Part shown: piece by piece, positions 23,911 to 37,700 of the stretch
Position numbering within the stretch: the stretch's first letter is position 1
Layout: every line of letters starts with the position of its first letter
From: Anolis carolinensis
Taxonomy: Eukaryota
DNA: 64,000 nucleotides
Assembly: GCF_035594765.1 (NCBI RefSeq)
Contig: NC_085841.1
Location: 157,961,574-158,025,573, forward strand
Direction: 5' to 3'
Made by a program: the position numbers and the translations under genes
Notes under the pieces: generated by a model
Told to the model about the DNA's origin: nothing
Seen by the model: only the letters and a program-made list of their open reading frames with translations
The model's database searches: none

Positions 23911-26380
23911 CAGTCTTACTATCACTTTTGTTTCATGAAAACCACAGACTTGTGTTCAGTTGTAATTAAGTAATGATTGTGTACCAGAGCACAGTAGTTG
24001 AATAATGAAAATTCTAAAGATTTGAGTGAGGTTACGGTTGTAAATAAAATTTGAGTGGGCCCCACTGATTACTAAAGTTAAATGTTTCTTGAACAGACAT
24101 GAATACCTTGGATGTTTGTTTTCTAAGACTAATCAGCAGTAGATTTAGAAGAAGACTTCTGTGGGACAAAGAGGGGGAATTAGGGGCCAATTCTTCCAGA
24201 TTTCAATCAGGACCATGGTGAAATCTTGTTGCTGTAGATGGCAGTATTTCCCTAAGTCTCAGCATTGTTTAATGTACAGCAAGCTGCCTTTCTCTCAGGA
24301 GCTAAGCTTAGCTCTGTAGTCTTCAGATGCTGCTCTTATAGAAAAAGGTCAGAACTGGCAAATCCACTTCTGAGTATTCCTTGCCTTGCTAAGAACCCCC
24401 TGTGAAATCCATAAGGTTGCCATATGTCAATAGGCAACTTGAAGACACACATATACACACTGTACCTTCCTCAAAAATACAGTGGGATAGGAAGACCTGT
24501 AGTTGGACTTGTCTTGAATAATATCAGTGTAATGTGACCCATGAGAAATTTTCTTATTCCACACAAATGTGATGTTTGAGCTAAGCATTGGGGGTACTAT
24601 CTTGCCTTACAATTACCCAGAAGCCCAACATTATTGGAGTGAATGTATTGTAGATTAATTATGTTTTAAGATAATCTGTTGGAAATTGCAATTTAAATGT
24701 AATTAAATTGAGGCTGCAGTCTTCCAGATGTCATATATAGTTCCAGTTAAGGTTTTATTTTAGGAAAAGTCACCTACTTGCGAGACTGGTTAATAGTTTT
24801 ATATATATGGATATATGGAACTTATCTGTGATTTTTGGTTATTGTAGTAAAATAGCTATGATCAGCTTCAGAATTTGAAAAAAAATCTTTAAATAATTTG
24901 TGGCATCCTTTCATGCTTCTATTTCCTATTGATAAATAACTTTGTGCATATACTGAGCTTCCTGTGTGGCTTCTTCCAGCACAATTACATTTTCTACTAA
25001 AATCGGGTCAGTTTAGAATAATTAATCAATAGTTGCTTTCCCCCCACATGGGATCCAAAGCAGCTTACACCATATGTTAAAACACTATATTGCATGTGCA
25101 GGGCAACCATTCCTGCCACCTAGAAAAACAAAGGAGACAAATAACCACAATGAACAAGATTTTGGAATAACAAAGGCCACAACCTGTTTATTGGTTACAT
25201 CTGATAGCGCAGGGTTGGCAGCCACACATAGGTCCTGGATCCAGCATCAGCTAGCCTGAGTGCTGTACCAATTGCAAGAATTCCACATAAATGAGTAGAG
25301 GCCACCACACAAGGTTTTCCCTCAGGTCCACCTCCAGCTATCCAATCAGCTCAAACCAAGTGGGTTATGTGATTGGGTGACAATTTTCCTGCACGACGCA
25401 GCCTGCTAGGAAGGGAATGTCGCACTAGGAAGAGGCACCAAGCTGCAACTTGCCCCTCCCAGGGAGTTGGGTAGAGCATTTTCAAACAATCTTAATATAC
25501 ATTTTTTTTTTAAAAAAAGACACAATACATTTAAAAACATACATTTAATATATATTTAAAGCACTTTAAAGCCTGTTATACTTTAAAAGCAGGCATGCCT
25601 GTTTCAATAGCCCAACTAGTCAAAAGCTGGCCTGCTTAAATAAGATAGTCTTTGCCAGCTGGTGAAAAGAGAACAGAAAGGGGGCCCCTTCCTTGGCAGG
25701 GAATTCCATACCCTTTAAAAGCTTTCCTGAATCCTTACCTGTAATGGTAGAGGGACTAAGATAAAGCCTTCCCTCAGAAATCTTTAAACTCAGGCAAGCT
25801 TGTATAGAAAGATAAATTCAAGACTTGAAAGGTCAGAGCCAACACATTGAATTGTGCCTGGAAACAAACTAGGAGGTAGTGAAGCTGTTTCAGACAAAGA
25901 GTTATATGCTCTCTCTAACCAGCCTCAGCCAGAAGTTACGCTTCAGCATTTTGGACTTGCTGTCATTCCAAATAGTTTCCAAATGCATCCCTATAGAGAA
26001 TAATCCAAATGAGATGTAATCCAGGCATGTGTTACCATAATAATAAGATTGGACATTTCAAGAGATGGGCATAGCTGCTAGGTGCATTAATTTTAATTGT
26101 GAAAATGCACTCCTGGCCACCACTGAAATCTGGACTTGTCCAAAGGTATGGCTAAGATAGAATGTGTACCCAAGTGTGTTGATAGAATGGAAAACAGTGT
26201 TAAAGACCAGTATCTTCTGGCTGGCATATCCAGGTGATTTCTAAATTATGACTTTTTAAAAAGCTGGTCTGACAGTTAATATATATTGATTTTATAGTAC
26301 TGATCTTTTAAATAGCTGTTATATGTGATATTTTGATCTGTTGTTGTTCTTAGCCTTGATCCATGGGTAGAGGTGGGTGA

Positions 26381-26432
<52 letters not shown>

Positions 26433-27753
26433 TTATACTATCACTATTACTGTTTTACATCTTTAAAACTAGGGAATTTTAGATCCATTTATTTTCATCA
26501 TGACTATGTGTAAACACTGATGTTTAACTCTATTATTTAACGCCACCTCTCTAATATAAGCCTCTCTAATAATCTGGGTGATCAAGTCCCTCTTAGTGAA
26601 ATATCAGAGGACACCAAAATTTAAGTCAAGCATTTTTCCATCTTTGGTAATATGTGAATACAGAATTTGTGAAAAATCAACAACAACTGTGCCTGAGATC
26701 TAGTGTAACCAGGCCAAAACGTGGTTCCAAGGCACCAGCACATTCTTAGATCTTGCAAGATGAGTGGCCCACATGATTCCTGGAGGTAGAGATGGTGTTA
26801 CAGAGAATGCTGGACTCGTGGCACACTTACCACATTTGCCATTGCTGTCACAAACACACATCCTGAAGTTTGAGAGTGCTGTGTACATGAGGTTTTTGGA
26901 TAAAACAAAAGAATAGCCCTTTGCCCTGTCCAAAAAGGGACATGTGCATTTGTGTGTCAGAATTGTCCAAATAGGGAAAAGAAGCCAGAAACATTTGAAG
27001 CTTAAATTCTGGCCATTAGAAATGGCTGAAGTGGAGAACATGATATATATTTGAAATTACTTCCTTCATGTCAGTCGGAGCATTATGAAGTATGATGGAA
27101 CTGTCACACAGAAATTCTAGAAATGCGGCATTTCAGTGATGTTCCCAGAAAAACTTGATTTTCATCAAACAGACAAACTCAGGTTGCTCCTGACACGAAA
27201 AAAAAAAATCAAACAGACACACCATCTTTTTACAGCCAAAAGGATGTAAGTATGTGTGTAAACGAGAAGAACTGATAGTCTTCTAATGGTCTGTTAAATA
27301 AAGAAGCTGGTGCTACAGAGAGTGGAATAAATATTTAATAATTTATCTTCACTCAAATGATAAGAGTGGTGGGATTAGCCTGTTTCTAGTTAAAAATATG
27401 TGAGGAATTCTGAAATGAAAGGGTTTTGAAGAGCATTGCTGGTGGAGCTCAGTTTGGAGCCAGGGTTCATATTCGGTCTTATGAGATGTTGTATAGTCTC
27501 ATTTTGTTTTAAATTGCATCTAACTGGGAACTTTGGGGTAGAAAATTCAGACGCACTTTGAAGTGTAAGGGGAAAAAATAGTGTTTTATAGAATTCAGTT
27601 CTGTACTGAGAACATTTTTCACTTTTAAAAACAAATATATCCTATAACTATAAAAATAGGCATGGGCAGTAGTGTCCAAATATGAAAGCTAAAAGAATAG
27701 CTGCGTAAGAGTTCTGCTGTTTAAAAGGACAGAGTGACAGTACTTTGTATGCT

Positions 27754-27802
<49 letters not shown>

Positions 27803-28349
27803 GCAACTCGTTTTTATCTGCCTCTCCTTGTGATTTGAGGTGGGTTACAACATATAAACACATAATAATTATATAAAATATACATATCAACACATATTTC
27901 TACAAAATACATATATTAAAATACACACAACATTTATTAAGATGTAGTGGACACAAGATATGAGTTTAAAATTCATCATTAAAACTGGCTTTTCTCTGTC
28001 TAAAGAAGCAGAATAAATATTGTATGTCAAAAGTTCAACATTTGTTTAATTTACATACAATTCCATTTTTACTGAGGTAAAGCCATGATCCTCAAACTTT
28101 GATCCTCCAGTTGCTTGCGGCTGCTTCTCCCAGAAGCTCCAGGCAGCTTGTCTAATGGTCAGAAATTCTGAAGTCTAAAACAGCTGGAGGATCAAAGCTT
28201 GGGAACCACTGGCATAAAGTGATGTCAGCCTACATACAATGAACAAAGTGTTTTTATAATCACAGGAAACACAGAAAATATGTATGAGAGGGGAAATGAC
28301 CTATAACTGGCATGATATCCCAGCATGGATTTGGTCTGTTTTTTTTTCC

Positions 28350-28530
28350 ATGTCAGGAGCAACTTTAGTCGCTTCTGGAGTGAGAGAATTGGCTGTCTGC
28401 AAGGACGTTGCCCAGGGGATGCCCGGATGTTTTGATGTTTTTACCATCCTTGTGGGAGGCTTCTCTCATGTCCCCGCATAGAGCTGGAGCTGATAGAGGG
28501 AGCTCATCCGCACTCTCCCCGGGTGGGATT
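28350..28530 (-). mobile_element. A-tailed Sauria-like SINE fragment
   Basis: Reverse complement of the 3' half of 4190-4489. Confidence 0.8.
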
Positions 28531-28539
28531 TGGTCTGGT

Positions 28540-29130
28540 GGTAGATGCGTATAAGGTAGACAAACTTGGTTCAGCAGTACTTCATGTGGAAATGACCTTG
28601 GGATCATTGTTGATCATAAATTGAACATCACCTAGCAGTGTGATCCTGCTGCAGATAAGGCGAATGCTATCTTATTCTTCATTAACAGAACTATAGTATC
28701 TAAGTCAAGGGGAGTAATAGTTCTACACTGTCCTCATGTAGATGGTTGTGTTTAGTTCTAGGCATCTTATTTTAAGAAAGATATAGACAATCTATAAGAT
28801 ATAGACCAGTGGGTTTAGAGAGGGGCAACAAAGAAGATGAGCAGTCTGGAGAACAAAACATGAGGAGAAAGTTCAAGGAGCTAAGCATGTTTAGATTAAT
28901 GAAGAGAAGACTGAGGGGTGAGCTGACATAAAAAGGAGGAGATCAGATTTTTCTGTCTTATACCATTAATTAGCAGTAGACCTAATGGTTTTAATCTGCA
29001 GGAGAGTAGATTTCTGTTGACACTTAAAACAGTTCGGCAATTGCCTAGAGAGTTGCTCTAGCGCAAGCTCCTGCATTGAGCAGGGATTGGACCTGATGAT
29101 TCATAAGTCTCCTTGCAACTCTGATTCTCT
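28540..29130 (+). mobile_element. CR1 LINE 3' fragment (degraded)
   Basis: DLGIIVDHKLN..QCD.AA.KANAIL-type coding remnant, ending in GATTCT. Confidence 0.8.
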
Positions 29131-29556
29131 GAATATATTTTTTCAGTGCAAACTATGTTAGTTTTCTACAAGGTATGTGTGAAAGTATAAATACAACATA
29201 TTGCTTGACTAAGAAAAGTGTGCTTCCTCCCATCCATTATTTCTCCTAGTGGGGGATGCTTCTAGTCTTGGTGCCTAATTACAGGCAAAAATAATCTGTG
29301 TTGGAGTAGTTGTGGGGAGGAGTGGGGGTACAAAACGGGCCAGTTATAGTGTCCTTGATCCTCACTTCACACTTCAAATGATTTTTGCACTCTGCTTTAT
29401 AGAAATCCAGCAAATCATATTGTTTAACACATAGGAAGTGACAACCTAGTCCAATCTATATAACTCTGTGTTCTGCAAAAGTGGCTAAAGCTGAAGAAAT
29501 TGAATAACCATTGTTCATTTATGTATTGTATGTTTCTAACTTTTTTTCCTTTGCAG

Positions 29557-29601
29557 ACTATGCGAAGACATAGAAATGAAGTTACTATTGAACTTAGAAA
29601 G
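29557..29601 (+). CDS. KPNA3: KPNA3 exon 2 (IBB domain)
   Basis: ttgcag|TMRRHRNEVTIELRK|GTAAGT. Confidence 0.97.
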
Positions 29602-31517
29602 GTAAGTATATCACTTTTTGTTTGCCTTTTGCTGTGTTTAAAGTGATTATCAGTTTAAAATGTGTAATTAAGGGCAAAGGTGGGTTATTGTCATGCTATT
29701 AGAATGGTTTATACACTGTTGTTTTCTGATTCATTCACAGTTGTATCCCTGTGTTTCAGTCTAATGAAGTGAGTTGTAGTGTTTGCAATGTTTTATCAGA
29801 GTCCTATTGTGTTTGTTCTTTTTGTGATGATGTGTGTGCATGCACATCTCTATGAATATGTTGTAAGTTTGCATTTTTCTTCTTTTAAAAGGGCCCAGTC
29901 CATCTTTGTATTTAAATTTAAAGATTGTTAAGCTTCTGCATATTTGCCAGTAAATCCAGGGGTGGGAATTATGCTGCTCTCCAAATGATGTCAAAACTGC
30001 AACTTCCAGCACTCCTCACTGTTAATTTTGCTTACTAGAGGCCAAGGGGTGTCCTGTGTGACAGTGTCTGGGGGGGCCTCATCATTTCCACCCCTTCAGT
30101 AAGCAATAGTTTTTTCTGGGACTGGCTACTGGTGTAGCACAACTGGCCATGTCGTTGCATAAGACTGGGCTTAAGAATTGCTACAGCCTGGACAATGAAG
30201 ATTTCAAGGCACTTCGTACAGACAGTATGTACGCAATGTGCCAATGTTTGTCCTCACTGTATATCTAGAGAACAGTTTACTGGAGGCGATACCCTGAATA
30301 TTTGTTTCCTAATGTTTTTAAATGTATTTGTTTTTGTGTTTTATTGTTTAAATTATTAGTCACTTTGCTTTTGTCTTCCTGTCATTATTAAGTCTTTGAA
30401 TAAACTATTTTATGCAAAAATTAATATATACAGGTTGCGCATCCTTTATCCAGAATTCTGGAATCCAAAATACTCCACATGTGCAGCTGAGAAGGAGACA
30501 CTTTTGCTTTCTGATGGTTCAGTGTACCTAAACATTGTTCCGTGCACAAAATTAATAAAAATATTGTGTATAGAATTACCTTCAGGCTAGGTCTAACTCT
30601 ATAAGGTGTATTTGAAACATCAGTGAATATCACGCTCCATCTCCAAGATCTCAATTTGTACATATAGGCAAATACAGATATTTCAAAATGTGTAACCCAA
30701 AACACTTCCAGTCCCAGGTGTTTGAATATGGGAGACTTGGTCCTTATTCCAAAGAGAAAAAGTTATACTTATTAGCTTTTAGAGATTACATTTTGGACAT
30801 TACATTTTTAACAGTAAATTTAGTACCAGGGATAGAAATACATAGAAAGAAAAGAGGAAGATTTCTACACCTTAAAAAAAACCAGTTCACCATGTTTCAG
30901 CAGACTATTTATTACCATATATATTCATGTATAAGTAGACATTTTAGTTTTTTAAAAAGCCCAAAAAGTCTGGGTGGACTTATCCACTGGTCAATGTGAA
31001 CATTATCTTTAAAACCTTATTTTAAAAGGAACTATCCCTTTTCTTAGCAGAGTGGTAAATGGCAATGGCTTAGGCCTATCCCAAGAGAATCTAAAAGATG
31101 CACTGCCCCTCTACTCTCTCCACCATGGCACCACTCAGCTTTTTTGAATGCCTGGGTGAGGAAATGGCGGTACTGCCAGGGGCAACTCCTTCATTGGTTG
31201 TTTCCCTTTTCCTTAGAATAGCCTCAATATATCAAACTTCATGATTTTTGTCCAAAATTTGCTGTTGACTTATACACGCGTGTATGCGGTATGTATAAGC
31301 AGTATGCATATGGGAAATGAAATAAGCCATGGTAAGCAAATAGATTTTGAACCATACAGAGACAACTTGAAAGGCTTCTTCCAAAATGTATTGGAGTGAA
31401 CTTTTATTTATATATCTGAATAATAGTATTATTTTGTATACAATATTTTACCATTTACTTCTAAAGACTAGTCAATAGTTAGAAAGCATTGAAGCTTATT
31501 GTCACAATTCTTTTCAG

Positions 31518-31607
31518 AATAAAAGAGATGAACATCTTTTGAAAAAAAGAAATGTTCCCCAGGAAGAAAATTTAGAAGATTCAGATGTTGATGCTGACTT
31601 CAAAGCA
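31518..31607 (+). CDS. KPNA3: KPNA3 exon 3
   Basis: [30 protein letters not shown]|GTAAGT. Confidence 0.97.
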
Positions 31608-31832
31608 GTAAGTGGCCTTGTTAAATCCCTTGTATAACTAGAAACCTTTAACTACTGCAGTTAGAGTAACATGGTCATTCAAAGTATGGCACTTGTAGAA
31701 AAAGAAAAATGAATTCTATTTGAAGGCGGTACCTAAATTACATGTCCTGTTTCTTGTTTTCTGAGAATATTTGACTTGTAATGGGAATTATAATTGAGAA
31801 TTTTAATTTCTGTTTCTGTTTTTTTTTTAAAG

Positions 31833-31862
31833 CAAAATGTAACACTGGAAGCTATATTGCAG
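31833..31862 (+). CDS. KPNA3: KPNA3 exon 4 (30 nt)
   Basis: QNVTLEAILQ|GTAAGT. Confidence 0.95.
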
Positions 31863-31952
31863 GTAAGTACATAATATGTTATTTCTTTTAACTAGATTTG
31901 TTTATTAAATATTTGACTTTTTAAACTTTCTGAAATCTATATATCGCTACAG

Positions 31953-32005
31953 AATGCTACCAGTGATAACCCTATTATCCAGCTGAGTGCTGTCCAGGCT
32001 GCAAG
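31953..32005 (+). CDS. KPNA3: KPNA3 exon 5
   Basis: NATSDNPIIQLSAVQAAR; AG|GTAGGC. Confidence 0.96.
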
Positions 32006-32094
32006 GTAGGCGTCTCTCTATACTGATATTAAAAGACTAAAGTGCAATTAATGCTTTTTTTACATTAATTTTTTATTGATTTGCTTCATTTTAA

Positions 32095-32199
<105 letters not shown>

Positions 32200-34463
32200 T
32201 AAGTATTCATTCATTTTTCTCATTTGTTATTTTATGCACTAAAAGCATTCTTCAAATATATAAGCTCAAAGACTGGAGGAAATTAGGCTTTTTTACAGTT
32301 TTTGATGTAATGTTGGTCTTAATTGCATTTTCATATACTTCAAACTATTAAAGGTTTATGATAACACTGTGATGTAAAATCCCCTTAGAAGCATGCAGGT
32401 TGCACCAACTGTTTTAGGGCTTGACCTAATCATTCTAGAAGAGCCTGTATAAGTTATGCCATCCCAGTTAGATACAATCCATAGTATATTGTAACATGTT
32501 TAATAACCTTTCTGTCTGCGTTATTTCCTATTGTTATGTAGAACACACTTTAGCACAGAAAATTCCAATTTTTCATTCCAATATGAGGAAGGGTTTCTCA
32601 GGTTTTGGGATAGTAAGCAGCTTTGTTCGAGGTTCCCTTGAGCATCTGCCATTCCTTTTCTGTTCTGTGAAGAACATCATTCCTTAGTCCTCACTGCACA
32701 CTTCCCAAGTAAAGGAATAAGTGGGTATGAGAGAGATTCTGTGACAGAGTGAGCACAGAGTAAGGATGAACATCTGTGGAGCTCCTTATCCCTACCTATA
32801 CAAGCATACATACACATGTATGACATGCGTCCCTGTCTGGAAGAGGGATGCAAAGACATTATAAATGAAATGCTTCTTGGCTGTAGCTTGATTTTGTTCT
32901 TTACTTTGCAGTCAAGAGTAAGAACACCACAGATTGTTTAACCTTTTAAACTTTTTCATTCATGTGATGCTTAGTTTTACTGTTGATCTCCAACAGACAG
33001 TTTCAGTACAGTTGGTTCATTCAAACCTAGTGATCCCTCATGATATCTTAGTGAGAGGTTGGACATAACTCCAGGTAGAATCAGATTTTATTTTGGCTGC
33101 TTCTTTCCATGTGCAACTTTGGGTACAGCGGCATGCAGCTATATTTGAGCCCTCTGATCCTGCTTATTGAGATTATGCAGTACAGGATTGAGAATAAGGA
33201 ACAGTAGGATCTTCCCGCAGACATGTCTGGTCACTGAAGACCCCAGGCTTTTCCATCTGCATTTGTCAAACCTTTTTTGCTAAAAGTAGATAATACTGGA
33301 CTAAACAAATAGTGTAACATAGTAAAAGGTAGTTCCCCATGTTCTTACTGCAAGAGCTACTGCTTTCCAAAGCTTTAGGGGTAGAAAGATAACCTTCTCC
33401 TAAGGTGGATTGTTGGTTAATTAACTCAGTATTTCTTTCTCAGCATTGCCCTCACAAGCAGTAGCCTTTTAACATCACTTCCTACTCTTTAAACCAGAGA
33501 TATTACATATTAAACCCGGGACCCTCTGTATGGAATATATGATACACCCTTTAGGGGTTTGCCAATTTTTTTTTTAAAGAGACCAAGGGCCTTATTTTTT
33601 TTCAGACTCAGTAGAGTGCTCATGAATAAGCTGGTCTCCATCCTGGAATAGATTTATGAAATAATACATTTAAAAATCACACTATGGACCTCACATTTGA
33701 GCTTGGATCCACTTTAAATCCCTTTTATGGAGGGGACTTTAAACAGCTCAGCCAGACAGGTCCTGGGCCTCACCAAACTACAAACCCCAGAATTCTGCAG
33801 GAGGCAGAAACCAGATTTAAAGTGGATTCATGCTCTAGTGTGAGACATCACATGCTATTTTCTCCAGAGCACAATCTTTGTTCAGAAGGCCCTCACTTAA
33901 GGTTTGCCATTATGACTGAGACTCTATTCAGAATTGCTCAGAAAGCTAACTAGGCCTGAGTTAGGTTTCAGCTCTGTGGAATGGTATGAATGGTATGAAA
34001 CAACTCTTATGATACTACTTCTTACACCTTACTAGATTTTGCTGCTTCTAAGTTTCCCCCACTTTCTTGCCTTATTTATTTGTTCAGTTATTTTCTTATC
34101 TAGTTGTGTATAAATAAATTACTTTGAGTACAATTTTGTAGTTATTGTGCTGTATCAGGGGAAAAAATGAAAAGGCAAGAGACAGCTGCAAAATGTCACA
34201 TATTCTGTATGTATTGAAGCTCTGCAAAAGTTCCTAATAGAAATATGTGAACACTTCATGTTATCCATATTGTTCAGAAACAATAATCAAATATTGATTA
34301 ACATTATACTTAATCTTATAAAAAGATATAGCAGTAGAAAAGATAAATGATCAATACATAATAGAAATGGATATTGCATAATGTTTCAGTAGGATTTCCA
34401 TACTTCTGTTTGCTGGCGTTTTTAATGGCGTAAATATTACTTTATTGTGATGTTTTTCAACAG

Positions 34464-34549
34464 CCCTTCCTTACAGTTTGAAGCTGCATGGGCCCTGACT
34501 AATATCGCATCAGGCACTTCTGTACAAACCCAAGCAGTTGTTCAGTCTA
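34464..34549 (+). CDS. KPNA3: KPNA3 exon 7 (ARM repeat)
   Basis: [28 protein letters not shown]; A|GTAAGT. Confidence 0.97.
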
Positions 34550-35314
34550 GTAAGTGTTCTAAGTATTTTGTTTTCCCCAAAGCCAGTAGATATAGCAAGT
34601 GCTGGGGATGTCCTATAGCAATTGTTGTATCTTGAAATGCAAGCAGAAACTGCTTCTGTAAGCTCAAATGTGGTGAAGAAAAGTTAAAAGACTTGTATAC
34701 TACAGTGTGGGGAGACTTTCATTTGTTTCTTATTGGCATAAGAGTTTTGGAGTATGGTGTGTTTTGTGGAAATGATTGCTAGACTTTACCAATACCACTC
34801 TGTGCAGAGTTACAATCTTCTGGGCCATAAAGCTTTCTAGCCTTCTCTTAGTTGATGGATGGAGCCTACATTTCAGAATATAAACGTCAGTCCTTCTTTT
34901 CCTTCTGTTGTTTCTTAAAGAAGTAATTATGCAAAAAGTCAAATCTGAGTTTGGATTCTATACAGAACAGAGTTGTGATATACTGTATATTCCTGTGCAT
35001 AAGTCAGAAAAAATGGACAAAAAATTATTCAAATATCGTGGGTTGATTTATCCATGGGTTAGTGCTGGAAACAGATAAGAACTATGACGCTGTCTCAATG
35101 AGTTCTATGCTCATCCCCTTTTGAGGCACTTGAAGTAAAGTGGAGTAGTGGCAGCAGTTTTAATAGAACCTTGCTGTATAAGCCCTGCAGGGCTAATGGC
35201 CTGTTTTCACAGAGGCTTACTGTATAACCCTTGTGATGTGCCACAAGGATGGAAGCCATTTTAATAAGAGCCTACTGTATAAACCCCTCATGAGGCTGGT
35301 GGCCACCATTCATA

Positions 35315-35537
35315 GGGACCTGTGGCGCAAGCTGGTGAGCGGCCAGCTGAGACCAATCACTCTGACCAAGAGGTCATGAGTTTGAGGCCAGCTCGGAGCC
35401 TGCATTTGTCTTGTCTTTGTTCTATGTCAAGGCATTGAATGTTTGCCTATATGTGTAATGTGATCCGCCCTGAGTCCCCTTCGGGGTGAGAAGGGTGGAA
35501 TATAAATGCTGCAAATAAATAAATAAATAAATAAATA
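35315..35537 (+). mobile_element. SINE with L2-type tail (second copy ~46631-46856), nested in an old mariner-like element (~34981-35870)
   Basis: tRNA-like head and a GATCCGCCCTGAGTCCCCTTCGGGGTGAGAAGGG...(AAAT)n tail. Confidence 0.8.
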
Positions 35538-36017
35538 ATGTATAAGCCTGTATAATCTCCCCTAGATTGCCGCTAAATGCCACTCAAGCTGGAAAAGGTG
35601 AGGAAAGAGATAGGGCCGCTTTCCTCATCCATGCCATTTTCCCCAAGTAGCCACAGGCACTTAAGCAGCGATGGCAGCTGAGGTCACCATAATAACATCC
35701 ACCCTTTTTATATACACACTCCTGCTTGCGTTTTCTAAGTTTCAAGTGTGCCCCTAAATTATACCATCTGTAAGTGTACCCCTAGGTTTTACTCTTGACT
35801 TATCCATGAGTCACAGTAAAATCTGACCTCAACTTAGACACAACGTTGATTTATACATGGGTATATTTGGCCAATTAAATTTTTAAAGTCTTATCCGAAG
35901 AATGTTTTGAAATGTCAAGCAACAAATACTTAGGGTATTGCTTATAAAGAGATACCATGCAAAACTTTTATGAATTCCACATTTGACCGAAATGAGACCA
36001 GTGTTCTGCTGTTACAG

Positions 36018-36104
36018 ATGCAGTACCTCTCTTCTTAAGACTGCTTCATTCACCACATCAAAATGTCTGTGAACAAGCTGTTTGGGCACTTGGAAATATT
36101 ATTG
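36018..36104 (+). CDS. KPNA3: KPNA3 exon 8
   Basis: [28 protein letters not shown]; G|GTAAGT. Confidence 0.97.
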
Positions 36105-36424
36105 GTAAGTACTATCCATGTTTTTTTGTTAAAATATGGCAAACATTGAAGTGGTTAAAATCTTTTTTTTTAACACTGGCATTGCCTTATCATACTATGT
36201 TTCCTCCAGGTTCTCTTATTGGTACAACAGAAACATTTATTTTAAAAATATTTTTGTAAAAAATTTAGTTTAATTTACTATGAGCATAGGAGTACTTATA
36301 TTGCTCAAATTCCCATTGAATAGTATTTTTGTAGTTTACTTGTTACTAATGGGGAAACATAGAACATCAACGTCCAAGCATAAGTCACTGCATACATTTC
36401 AAGGTTTCTCCATCATGAATGTAA

Positions 36425-36682
<258 letters not shown>

Positions 36683-37382
36683 TAATGGCATATCTACTGT
36701 ACATTTTAATGCATATTTATTTGTGCCTCATTTTACTTGAGGTTGGCTCCCCACATTGGAAGATTTCACTTTTGCGAATTTGATTATTTGCAGATTTGAT
36801 TAATATCTTCTCTCTAAGAGTTTCTAGGTTGTCCGGTGTGACTCTGGGGTCAATTTCTGTTAGAGATGGATCATAAAGTTGCACTGGAGGACCTAGAGAC
36901 TCTCCGGACATTTGTAGGTACTCCGGTGTGATTCTATGGTAATCTTATGGCAGCATTTGACCACAGAAGACCTAGTCCTAAAAGGTGTTTTCTCAGGTTT
37001 TAAGAAAGTGTTTTTATTTTGTGGCGGGCCTGCTCACGTAACCCCAATAAATGTGGAGGACTTACTATGCTAGTAATTAATTATACTTGTATCAGATGAA
37101 TCTACCTTGTCTGACTGTGAAGTCAAATCTTTACCAACTAAAGAATGCAGGCTAATGAGCCTCTTTTCCCAAGTTTCAAGTCAATTTAAAGGGACATTAT
37201 TTGAGTGTGTATACACATTTTTGACCTGTGGAAACTTAAGCCTGTACCTCAAATGTATCCTTGTAATTGAAATCGAGAATAGTAGCTAGGATAGTTGATA
37301 CTAACTCCTTATCATAAATAATTTCTACAGACATTCTTGTTTTATCTTATTCCAATTAAATCTTGAGGATAAGGTAATACTG

Positions 37383-37700
37383 GGAGCCCCGGTGGCGAAG
37401 TGCGTTAAAGCATTGAGCTGGAGACCGAAAGGTCCCAGGTTCAAACCCCGGGAGCAGCGGGAGCGGCCGCTGTTAGCTCCAACTCCTGCCAACCTAGCAG
37501 TTCGAAAACATGGCAATGTGAGTAGATCAATAGGTACCGCTCCGGCGGGAAGGTAACGGCGCTCCATGCAGTCATGCTGGCCACATGACCTTGGAGGTGT
37601 CTACGGACAACACCAGCTTTTCAGCTTAGAAATGGAGATAAGCACCAACCCCCAGAGTCAGACATGACTGGACTTAACGTCAGGGGAAACCTTTACCTTT
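37383..37700 (+). mobile_element. Full-length Sauria SINE
   Basis: GGGAGCCCCGGTGGCG head to GGGGAAACCTTTACCTTT tail. Confidence 0.92.
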